Positions 52,801 through 64,000 of a stretch of DNA of 64,000 bases are shown piece after piece. Position 1 is the stretch's first letter. The number at the start of each line of letters is the position of its first letter. Position numbers and translations under genes: made by a program. Origin of the DNA: Balanoglossus misakiensis (lineage: Eukaryota > Animalia > Hemichordata). Location of the stretch: contig CM082578.2 in assembly GCA_040954595.2 (NCBI GenBank), positions 9,657,519 to 9,721,518 of the forward strand, written 5' to 3'. The notes beneath the pieces are model-generated. The model had not been told where the DNA came from, did no database searches, and was given only the letters and a program-made list of their open reading frames with translations.

Positions 52801-53487
52801 CCAAAGCAGGAATATGAAGTCATGATCATCAGCCAACATGCATCCACGGATTTCTTCCGGTTGCTTTTCTACACCATGCGGGCCTACATTGAGGATTTGC
52901 GACTGTACGCCTGGAGTTTAGCCATGTTCCTGCCGAAACTGGTGAGTTACATGTACATGTATTGAACTGGGGTCAGAGATGGCAAGTGTCTACAAAGTGA
53001 ATTTTTCAGGCTACGTAGACTATTTGTATGGGTTTTATTACTTGACAATTGTATTTGTGCATGTCTTTCTAATTAATGTGACATCTCTTTGTTTCAACTG
53101 ACATCAGTGAATCTGGCATAAATGAATTCATCAAATACTTTCTTTTCCTTTTTGCAGGAGCCTCACAGCAGCCCTGCTTCAGATGACATTCCTGCCATCG
53201 TCCGGATAATTAGTCGAGGACCTGCGAACAACCCCAGGAATGATATGAGTGCCATGGAATTATTTGCTGTGAGTTTTCCATTGATTTACATTCTTTTCCA
53301 TTTGTAATCATAAAGAAAAGAAAAACCTGCCGCAAATTATCAGCTGTATAACAACAATCTATAGAAGATATTTTTTTATATTATTCTCCAGGCTTCAAAC
53401 GTGAATGTGGATCCATTCAACGTGATAGATCATGTGATCACATCAGTGGAAAAGCGAAGTGGGAAATCAGAAGAGCATCTGGAATGA
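49867..53487 (+). CDS. Type II membrane GalT/HIT-superfamily protein, paralog B (HPHAH), ~457 aa. Exons 49867-50034, 50253-50362, 50553-50691, 51004-51110, 51380-51436, 51796-51963, 52117-52247, 52533-52615, 52738-52941, 53158-53268, 53392-53487
   Basis: Same 11-exon structure and phases as paralog A, with an intact frame. Signal anchor MMVAAGILIITFFGWLKLIF, CDFC, and WDCTPKGSTSMIHPHAH (His motif at 52205-52219). Confidence 0.85.
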
Positions 53488-54494
53488 TTTGTGAGGAAAA
53501 AGATGTTAAGGAAGATGGGAAAAAAGACGAAAATTGAGAATGCTAATAAGTCGGATACACTTCACAATCAGTGTAGCTGTATTGGAAGCTGACATCTGAA
53601 TACGACTTGCTGGTGCATTTTACTGCGAGTGCATACGGTACCAGAAATTTGACTGCTACCAAATAGTTTCTTCTCTGGTACCAACAATCTTTTAAACAAG
53701 GCAATAAGAACAAATAAAAGGCTGAACTGGGACCATCCTTACTATTTATTAGAATCTTTTCTAGGCAGGTGATCATACTTCGTGCAATGCTGTACCTCAT
53801 GTTGTATTTTAACTTTACGAAACCTGGGGTACAATGCCTGATTGGCAGTCTGTGTAATCAGTTTTAATTATCACAATTCTAATTATTTTTTTTTAATTTA
53901 TCCAATAATCAGAATACACTTTTTAGTGTAGTAGCTATTGACGCTTTACTTTTAAGGTCTGCAAAAAACATCATTATAAATCATGTTCTTTTACAACAAC
54001 AAGAAAACAAACAAACTTATTTTCCTCTGAATATCAGCCCTTGTTTTTTGTTATACATGCTGTTTGCTGTGTATAACAATCTGTGGAAACTGGTGAACAA
54101 AACAAAAAAAATCAAAAGAAAAAAAAATCCACACCATCAAAATTTTTGTGCTAAACACTATTTTAAAAGGTTAATACGTGTACAATCAGTTATTATGCCG
54201 ACTTTCTTTCAGTGTTTGTTTTTAATTTTGAACTTACAATATTTTTCAATTTCATGTTGTAAAATCATGCTCCTGACTTTACGCAATTTCGGGGCATAAT
54301 TTAATTTATCAACAGACATTTTATGATTTATTATTATTAAATGACCATTTACCAAGTTTAGTTTTGTTTCTAATCTCTATCAACCATGAATACACAAGAT
54401 GAAAGGACTGTGGAGTTGTTTCAAATCAGAAGATTGAGTTAACAAGTTGGCTTATTTTTGCACAAATTCAGGAAATTGAAACACAATAAGAGGA

Positions 54495-54668
54495 CAATCT
54501 GATTAAAATCAGATGTAGAGTTAGGCACCAGTGATAGTTTTGGCTATTTTGTTCTCTCGGCATTGGCCATTCTATTCTGTCTCGGCTGCCCCATTTCCAA
54601 ACAGAACAGCCAAGAATCAGCAAAAGTAAAGGTGGCGCCTGACTCTACATCTGATTTTATTCAGATTG
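54495..54668. mobile_element. Foldback/MITE-like element with ~36-bp imperfect terminal inverted repeats
   Basis: caatctgattaaaatcagatgtagagttaggcacca ... tggcgcctgactctacatctgattttattcagattg; the arms are reverse complements with ~3 mismatches. Confidence 0.7.
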
Positions 54669-54909
54669 ATAAATATACATATTGGATGAGCATATCAAAC
54701 AAAGAAAAATAAAAGATTTTGAAATGAAATGCGTAACAATGCCATCACAACCTGCATTATGTGAATGGAGAAGACATCAGAAATCAAGAAATATCTAAAA
54801 GGTCAACATTTTTGTTGTAGATCTACAGTATGTCTAAAAAGGCACTTGAGTTGAATAATTTATACCATAAATACATTGTTGTTGCAACTACTTCCTAACT
54901 TTCCATTTC

Positions 54910-57900
54910 TCATTGTGGAAGAGACACTGTTAATGTGACACTGTCTTGTGTTGGGAGCGGATGTGTAGTCGGAACCTGTTGACTCACAAAAGTGCAGGTG
55001 AATGAGACTCCTTCCTGGTTCGCGGCTGGGATTCCGTTGCCATATCCCGCATTGGTCAAAAAGCCCCTCTTTTTTGAAATGACCACTGGTATGTTGTCGC
55101 CCTGCCCCGGACAGGCTGTGGCATTTCTCGATCCTGGCGTAGAGTCAGGTTCCCCCTTGCTCCCACCAACAGAACTGGCCTGCGTTGCTGTGCTGGGTGC
55201 TGCTTGGCAAGGCGCAGGAATGTTGGGCGTTGACTGGTTTCGACTAATATCAACACATGGCGGTGGTGGCAACGACGTGACGACGGAATTGTACGGTGTC
55301 ATCGCATTCCCGCCCGAGGCACATTGGGGAATGGATGCAGCTGATTGCTGAACTTCTGCAGGGACAGAAATGTCAATCAAAATTTGCAACGATGACGATA
55401 TGCATGCACATCATTTCTACAACGCTTCAATAACAGAAATAGACAAAATGTAATCATCGTGAATTTTCAAAAATTTCAAATCTGGCAGTGGGTCTTGCCT
55501 CGGCGGAATAGTGCCTGGGACAGGCTTGACCTTTGACACATACTGGTCTGTGACTCTACAGAGTGATGTCTGGGTAACTATTCTCACCTGTCCAGTTACT
55601 GGTGGTAAACACAGCGTGGGGGCTCCATGGCGTTGAGGCTCCGTTTGCATTGATACCGGCGGCTTTTGACTGTCCACCGCCACCGCCGGGTGACACACGG
55701 GCTAGGGGTGGTCTGTGTTCTACTCTGCACAGGCGTCTGTCTGGCCTGTCTGTAGCCTGTGATCTGTGTACAGTCACACTCACCGTTTCAAAAAGGCATG
55801 CTTCAATATCTCTGTGAACAAAACAAAGGGGTACTTATGAAGTGTATAAAAAGTCCTTTCTTCAACCCACATGAGCAAAACAATTACCATTTTCCTAAAT
55901 GCGTAGCATATTTCAAAGTCGGTAACAAAAGCAAAATGGCACACTTAAATTAATTTGGGGAAAGTTATATTTTAGCAAAGTGTTTTTATATATTTCTCAA
56001 TGAAGGCATCAAGATAATAGTGAATGCCATCATGTTGATATCTAGTACCTGATGAGGGTTTTTTTCTTCATTAAACTCGTCTTCATCTTGGCCAGTTCAC
56101 TTAAAAACATATCCTCCTGATTGAATACTGCATACATTGACTGCAATGGAAGACATTAGAATACAATTAAAATCTAGTAAGTTGATACATGCTGGCTAAT
56201 GCTCTATATAATTTTTTCTTGAAAGTGTGTTCTAAGAGATGGGCCTCCTGATAAACGATGCATCTAACATTTCTTTGCTGGAATCATGGGACCACCTACC
56301 TTGATTTGCTTCATCTTATGCAAAATCATATCTCTGTGTGTTTTAGTCATCAGGTTACACTGACAGCACTGCAATGGTGAGAGAGAGGAAGAGAGAGAAT
56401 GATACATTTTAATCCTCATCCGTACATAAATCAGGCAGATATGCCACAATGGGTTGAAGAAAACTGGGACATAAGCAATTTACCAGCTTTCAATTTTTGA
56501 ACATGCCACAGTCATTGAAGATACTGGTGGGAATCAGGGTTCAGTCTAAAGTACCATCCCTGTTAGCTACTTACATCTGTCACCATTTTCATAATGTTGT
56601 TCAGAGCTGGGACAAAGGCATCTGTTGCGAGTTTCATTGGAATTGCACTCACAAAGCTGGACACATTATCTACAACCTGCAGGACAAACACATGTTCATG
56701 TTACATGTCAACCACACACAAAAAGCAGACTCCTGAGGTAGTGCCCTTTAAAAGAATTAATTATGATAATTACACTTAAATTCGGTAAATGGCAGTGAAT
56801 GCTGATGATGCATTTCACAGACACATACCTGTCCTACTTCCCAGGGGATGATCTTATTCCTTGTGACCTTTATTACCCATGTGGTCACGGCACCGAGGTA
56901 CAATTCAAGCGAAAGCCTATTCCACAGGCGCTCATCACCCAGCAAGAGCTCCAGCTATGCAAGAGATTGAGAAAACACATGGTAAATGATTTATGGATGT
57001 TTATTTTTTAACTTGCTTTGGTCCAAATAACCAGCTGCATTTCTAAATTATTTGGGGTTTCCCATATTAGTTTTCTCTATTCAAAATCAGAGTACAATGG
57101 AAACATTTCACCTTACGTAAACTATTCAGACAACGCTGATGGAAGACTTGCACAATGACAGTAAAACCTGTCTAAACTGGACACCAACAGGACTGAAGAA
57201 ATTTTTTGGTTTGCACAGGTGTCTGGTTTGTAGAGGTTCTTTTAACATGTGGTTCTATGTAAAAATGAATGGAAAAAAGTGTTCTGTATGCTTCAGGGGT
57301 TCGGTTTAGACAGGTTTTACTGTACATATTCCTTGGAAGATTACCTGTGACCAGACGGAGAATGGATTGCTCTTGCAATTCTCATCTGAGTTGTATGGAT
57401 GGAGTTCCAGCACCTTCCTTACAGACGAAAAGTCTTTATTTCTTACAAAGAGATCCAGCATATGAATCACGCGTGTAGAACCACTCGTCAGATTTAATCT
57501 AGGCATTGTGATTGGACATTTTAAAGAAAAAAAAAAACATGTTTCAGTGAACAGAATCAAAGTCGCTGAGACAAATGAGATATATATGGTCATCAGGTCA
57601 CATTCAAGAGGGTACTGCACAAGCTCTCATAGGCCTGTACCATTGTGCCAAGTATGAGATTTGTAGGTTCAGCCGTTTTCAAGATCTAGTTCACCAAAAA
57701 AAACTACACAAGTAAGAAGAAGAAGTAGAAGAAAAATCCCAATAAGACCAATAATGTTTTTTCTCCCCACAGTGAAACACTGTCTGATGAACTTAAGGGT
57801 GGAAGAGCGAAATATAAAGTCGTTAACAATACTTATTCAGCTGCATCCTAGCATATTCATTGTACTTCTGTGATTGCGCAGGCCACTCGAAGTCACTGGA

Positions 57901-60900
57901 AATGAGAGAATCATATGGGTTCATGATGATGGAACGACGAATGTCATATTGTAAAACGGGTTATATTCGCGACAGGAAATTTTCGCGATATCAAAGGAAA
58001 AGCAAATCGTACCAAGGTAAACTACCAGTATATCATGGTTACTCAATCATTACAGAGCGTCCCCCCCCCCCTCACAAATGTTACCATGGTCCCCAAATCA
58101 TCTCTCAATGTTCCCTAATGCACAGCATGTTACAGTAACTTACTTGTAGTACTTGCGCAGATCAACAAAGCATGGATAGCTGAGGTGGTAATAGAAGTCG
58201 ACTTCATCCAACCTTTTCTTCAGCTTCTCCGCGACCAGACATGACCACTGAAGAAAGCAAAGCAAATCATGTCAAAGGCTGTTTGTCTGCACACAGATTT
58301 GTATATTGGGAAACGAAGGGAAAATAAAGGTTTCAACTGCACCCCTTTAAGACCTTTACCTTCTTCAGCTGTTTGATCAGCGGAGTTTTGTTAACCCGAT
58401 CGCTGTAACCATCACTCATTATCTTGTCCAGCATGGAATTGATGAGAACGAAGGCTTTACGTTTGAGCATCCCCGCATCACCCTTGCGATCAATCTTCCA
58501 TTGCTCGCTTGCTTCCTTCAAGAAGAACCAGATCAGCAAGATATGGCAGTTCACATTCAATTCTTCCTTCACCTTTGAAATTTCCAACAGCCTGAAATTT
58601 CGAAGAAGAAAAACATGCATACATACATACACACACGCACACACAGACATACATGTGAACATACAGAAGGCCCTGATTCATAAGGTTCCAATGGTATATA
58701 CATTGTACATACATGTATACCAAATGGGACCTAAAAACAGTGTTTAGTATATTAAGAGCCATAATAATAACAGCGCCAGATCTGTTTGCACATTATAATT
58801 CGTATAAGGTGGATGGTTAACTAATTAATATTCATCAGATATTTGATTTAAGATCAACTTCCGCTTCGGCAAATTCATTGTTGATGTCTATTTTCTCTGG
58901 TTTTATTGTCGTAGGAAATCTAACAAGAAAAAGAAATTACTTTGGCAAGATAAGCAGCATAGAACTTACCTGTCATAGGTTGCCATGGGCAGGCTCTGCC
59001 ATTGGAGATTGCGCAAAGTGTTGCGCACAAACTCACTTACGAACATCACAGCTGGTTTCTTGTTGTCGTCGCAGGATGCCTTGATGAGAGCAGCCGAGGC
59101 CCAATACAGTATCTAGTGATCGAAGACAACACATGTGATATACATAATCCTTGATGCTTGAAACGAATGTTAGAGATCTTGCATACAGTGAAGAGCAGCA
59201 CAAGTCCACATCGCATATAGTCAGACACTGATGACCATATTTCGAATTGACTTCATCCAGCTTTGAAGTCTGTCTGGATTACAAAAGGGTTCTGCTAGAA
59301 ATCATTTGTTGTGCCAAACTGGTAGTGTGATGAAATCAGTGACTTATTTACACCAACCTGTCCATTTTGGTTCCAATATTTCTGAACGGACTCACCTTAT
59401 CATTCAGTGATGATAGTGTCTGGTAGACTCTATGTGGAGAATACTGAAAGCTATCAAGAACACTGACATACACGATAGCCAGGATCAGCAGGACCTGATG
59501 ATGTGATAAACAATGGAGAAATTGATTAAAACCTGTGTTTGCAATCTGATCAGACATTGTTGACACTGCTAATTTCTGCATGTAGAATGACCACACAAAA
59601 TGCTACAAAAAATTTGTTTAAAGCAACACCAACACAGGCCATGATGCAGGATTTCCAGAACGATATCTCATCTGGTGTGATATTAAAACTGCAAGAAAAT
59701 TGATGACCAGGTACTAACATTTCCATCTAGATTGATCTGGGGGATACTGAAGTCCAATCTTTGGTGTTTGGCTATTGTTTTCACCCACTCCTTGACAGCA
59801 ATTTCCTTAGCCTATGAAGGAGAAAAAAATCATGGTCAATATTCTGTGAAGTAGCGTTCCCTAATTTTCCAAACTTCTGTCTTCCATCAACACCATTGGA
59901 TTGATTTACATGCCAGAATTCCACATCCAGGGCACTCATTCCAATAATTCTATTGGCTAGTACAAGCTGAAAACAACAACACAGGAAACGCAGACAGACT
60001 CTCCAGTCATTACACCTCTTACCTGCTTCTCTTCCTTGTTTTCATTGTATCCAATCCCTGGACATGTGAACTCATCTGTCATCCACTTTAACAGCCCCTG
60101 CAGCAAATCACATCACATGTATGCAACCATAAAGATTTCAACTTGTTATTTGTGTCTGCTGACTGATGTACAGTACTGTTAAATACTCAAAGCTGCCCTT
60201 ATATGCTGAACAGGTTACACTCAGACCAAAATCACCAGATTTTCAGGCAGGATAATTAGCATTTTACCAGTAATACCACCTGTGCTGTAAAATGTTGGGC
60301 TACTTACATTAAAATTTTCACCTTGGTTCCGTGCATCTGTGCATATGCGCACACTAAGTCTTACCAGATGCACCAAAGTCGTGTCGACATGGCAGCCGTC
60401 TCTCTTCCACAGTTCAAATATCTTGGACAGCACAACCTTCAGATGATCGGCCGTAGCGAGCGAATAGTTGCACTGGTCTTTTCCGTTCTGTGGTCCTTCC
60501 ATGCTGACAAAGGAGAAAGCCTTCCCCGTCTTGGCAAGCAGCTCCAGCGACACCTTGATCCTGGTGGGAATCTCCAGGAAGATGGCCGCCTGCTCCAAGT
60601 AGCCACCTTGGGCAAGACACACAGCTATGCCGCCGACCATGCCCGGAAGGTGCCACAGAGTTTCTCCGGACTTGTTCACACAAACTGATGCAGCATACTC
60701 TAGGGCCATTTTTGGGCTGTATTATAAAAAAAAAAAAAATAAGAGTGACTTTACAAGTTCAGCTGTACACCAGTGAGCCAATATTCGTATTCTATGGAAT
60801 CTGCACCATCAAATTACAATTCCTACCTGCTTTGAGACATAATCTTGAACTGAATGGTGGCCACATTCTCAGAGACTACTGTGATTTCCTGACCTGCAGC

Positions 60901-63880
60901 TGTTACATTGATGTCATGATCTGTAGATGTTACATTGACTATCTTCCCCGGAAGTGAGGCACAATTATTACCAACGTCACTGTGTAGGAAACAAACAAAA
61001 GACAAGTTTAGCAAGATTGGAATGATAAGAAAACGTAGGCTCAGATTTCTAAAAAAAAATTATCTCACTGGTCGTATCATACATTCAATGAAAACTGTAC
61101 CAGGATATCATTTTCTTACTGGTGACTCTACTCTCAGAGCCAACCAAGACATTCTTATCTGTAGAAGTTCTGTTGATAGTCTCCTGCAGATTTGTGTTGG
61201 TACAGGTTTCTACTCTGAAAACACCACTGTGTGGGAAAACACAAAGATGATAGATTTATCAAAAATATATGTGAAAGTAACCACTATAAGAAAATCAGCA
61301 TGATGACTACTGTAAAACACTTTATTTTCGCGAGTTGAAATTTTCGCGATATTGAGAGAGGCCAGTGTTTCGCGAGTATTAATTTTCACGTTCTCTTTTT
61401 TCATTCACTGCATCGTTATCTTAAAAAAAAATTACGCGACTTTTTATTTTTTCACTATTTTGGCTCTCGCGTATTTTCGCGAAAATAAAGTGTTTTACAG
61501 TATATGTTAGTGGCACATGGTGTTAGTTGTTACCTAATGCTATGCCAACAAATTTCCAACACCATTCCCAACATCCTCACCCTTTCAAAACCTGAGAGGA
61601 AACACTGTTATCGATAACGCTTTCCTCATGGGTCATTGAAACTGAAGCAAACTTCTTGACTCGCATAAAATGAACAATATTCTTTGAACTTACTTTATTT
61701 CTCACACATTAAAAGGAACAATATTCTTTGAACTTACTTTATTTCTCACATAAAAGGAACAATATGCTTCGAACTTACTTGTCCAACAGAGGTTGCAAAT
61801 ACCTCTTGTCCCAGGAGGTGCTCTCGAACACTTGCTTCAACCTATCCTTTGCAAGGGTAACTACATCTGACGGCTTTTCACACAAATCCAGGCACTTCTT
61901 CCACTTCTGTGCCAGAAGCTTCACAGTAGCCTTAATTTCTGCATCATTGCTGGGAGCCAGTGTTTTACTGCAAGAACAAAATGCAACCAGTCAGTGTTAA
62001 TCTCACAATCTTTGATCTCAGCTTGTCCTTCAGCTGCACACTTTGAAAGAGAAGCAACAGTGTACTTCATCTAACCCGTCAAATGTACCCTAGGTACACA
62101 GCTATGGACCACATGACTACACCTCATATTCATATTCTGATGGCATAATGACAAACACTCCGAGCTCAACTCCACTACTAACTCTAGTATGTCAACACAA
62201 ACTTACCCTGTACTGTAGCTTTCAGCCAATAAATTGTTAGTAATGGCATCTAGTAATACAACTGCCGAGTCAAGGCAACTGCTTCCTACCAGATAGGGAT
62301 CTACTGACATCAGAGAAGTCGCCACGCACTTGTGGACTCCTAGAAACCTGCAATGATATCAAGTATCGCCATGCCGCACAGCAACAATCAGTTTTGATTT
62401 CTAGCATTGACCCGACTTTCTTATACACCTGATGGAAGTGTGTGTAACAATGCCAATACATTTTGCAAAAAAAAATGCATTTTGTGATATCAGTTATTTA
62501 ACTATTTTAGAGGCTCACAAAAAGCAGTTTTTGATGTTACAGAAAACAATCTGTTAGGATTATTTTACCCCCTAGGCAGTAGTTTTGGGAGATGTATATG
62601 CTGCCACTTACTGGTGGATTCTTTCCACAGACTCGTGAGATTGCTTACACGCTGAACAGCCGTGTGCTCTGGTATTTAACTGCAATAATGTGTGGCACTG
62701 GCACCTGCACAGTTCCGACTTTGGCCTGCCTTCGCGGAACGCGCCAATTCTGGCTTTCAGGGTTGTTACCAATGCACACGCTTTGTCTGCTGCCTCCTTC
62801 AAGGAAAACATTCTCTGGTCTGCCAAAAGCCTTCCCAAGAGTGTCATCTGAAAAAAGCAACCAGGCAGATGACATGGACTTGAATCAATACTCCAATAAA
62901 ATCCCTCCCGATTTGCACTTTAACAAATATATACTAGTGATTTGCTAAACCAAGAGGATCGTGACAAACAATGAATATATACGTGTGTATACGTGTACAT
63001 TGTCCGAGACACATTTTCTCTCCGATTTCACCAATCTATACAGTACTATAAATGATGCCTCTTACCTTGCTATACTGCCTTTCTTTTCTCCACAATACAT
63101 TGGAACTGGTAGCGTTACAGTGTGCCCCAACCACTGACTCCCACCTCTCACACTGGTATTACAAAGCAAACATTAAAAAAAAACAGTAAAATGGGGGCTC
63201 AGCAGCTTCACGGAGAGTTTACAACTCGGACACAAGACATCATGTCCGGCAGTTTACACAAAGTTCAGATTTTGACAGACTCGACACTCACCTTGGCTGC
63301 CTCGATATCACACACATAGCAATAGCAAATTTTGCAGAAGGGTTTGTTGAGTTCCACCGGTGGGAACATCGGCCCATACACTGGCTTGAACTTGTGTTCC
63401 AAACAGTCTGCACGGTTGTGGGGAAAATTTGCAGATGGTGCTACCTTCGAATAAGTTATGGCAATGTCTGGTAATGGAAAATTAGTGAAAATGATTAAAT
63501 GTAAGCATAGATAATTATGCTGTGTCACATGACGTTACAAGGTGTCATCAATCTGTACACATCATGTGTTTTTACATGTCCATTCAAAAGACTTTTTCTC
63601 TCGCCAAAATGCCAAATTATTAATCAATGCAGCATATAAATTTGGTACGAGCTAACCAACTGGTACTTGACACCGGTACTATAAACAGGTGAAGTTTGTA
63701 ATCTGCAAGAGATATAAAAAAAAGCTTGAGCTCCTCTTGGATTTTCCAGGAAAGGGAACACTGCACAACTACAACATTCCTATGTAACTTGCCTTCATCA
63801 GAGCTGTCATTCTCAACACCCACATCCTGAAAATTCCCTCCTGTCTTCTGGGACTTGTTGGTATGTGGGCTAACTGTACC
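54910..63880 (-). CDS. Uncharacterised multi-exon protein with an N-terminal zgc:112980/RIN13-type Cys/His domain, 5'-partial. Clear exons include 63880-63793, 63467-63292, 63152-63066, 62847-62612, 62347-62207, 61967-61779, 60716-60308 and 60097-60023; the middle and 3' exons down to the stop at 54910 are only approximately resolved
   Basis: Spliced peptide DEDIAITYSK..FPHNRADCLEHKF..NKPFCKICYCYVCDIEAAKCERW..AHCNA, then CRCQCH..GCSAC and helical exons. The last exon is low-complexity P/S/T/Q (ORF 54910-55389). Confidence 0.7.
57159..57322. mobile_element. Tc1/pogo-type MITE (intronic)
   Basis: Perfect 19-bp TIR cagtaaaacctgtctaaac / gtttagacaggttttactg. TA on the right flank and GA on the left. 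Confidence 0.75.
57946..57990. mobile_element. Degenerate MITE end related to the 61310 element
   Basis: tattgtaaaacgggttatattcgcgacaggaaattttcgcgata resembles tactgtaaaacactttattttcgcgagttgaaattttcgcgata. Confidence 0.5.
61310..61500. mobile_element. Tc1/mariner-type MITE with TA target-site duplication (intronic)
   Basis: Perfect 24-bp TIR ctgtaaaacactttattttcgcga / tcgcgaaaataaagtgttttacag, flanked by TA on both sides, with internal ttcgcg subrepeats. Confidence 0.9.
61672..61780. repeat. ~2.5 copies of a ~41-44 bp tandem repeat spanning a splice donor
   Basis: aacaatattctttgaacttactttatttctcaca occurs twice, followed by aacaatatgcttcgaacttactt. Confidence 0.85.
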
Positions 63881-64000
63881 CTACATAAAAAATCAAAATT
63901 ATTTGTTCATTTTCAATCAGAGGAACTTTAGACATGTACATGTATGCACTGTTTATTTCTCAGCATGTGACAGACGTACAGGTGCCTGTAGTCTCTTCAG

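Noticed and set aside
43754-53487. Paralog pair as a haplotype-duplication assembly artefact
   Set aside because: Introns are largely unalignable and exons 1, 4 and 7 are strongly diverged, which indicates a real old duplication.
1-64000. CRISPR arrays, tRNA/rRNA genes, prokaryotic operons
   Set aside because: None seen; the window is spliceosomal-intron eukaryotic DNA.

Overview
This is AT-rich eukaryotic DNA with many short GT-AG introns, most likely from a marine invertebrate; the exact taxon cannot be determined from sequence alone. Manual splicing gives six protein-coding genes. (1) The 3' part of NOL9 (+). (2) A mucin-type type-I membrane protein with a podocalyxin-like DNP motif and C-terminal EDTHL (+, ~890 aa). 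(3) A large Tudor-Tudor-CCCH-Tudor gene with Krimper-like architecture (-, ~1907 aa), whose last intron holds an open 2-kb repeat- and RG-rich alternative exon. (4, 5) A tandem pair of type-II membrane GalT/HIT-superfamily genes (+, ~500 and ~457 aa); one has the transferase-type motif HPHAQ, the other the hydrolase-type HPHAH. (6) A partial minus-strand gene with a zgc:112980/RIN13-type Cys/His domain. Several small MITE/foldback elements and a microsatellite are also present. The best candidate for an undescribed system is the membrane-anchored HIT/GalT transferase-hydrolase pair. All family assignments come from motif recognition, not database searches.
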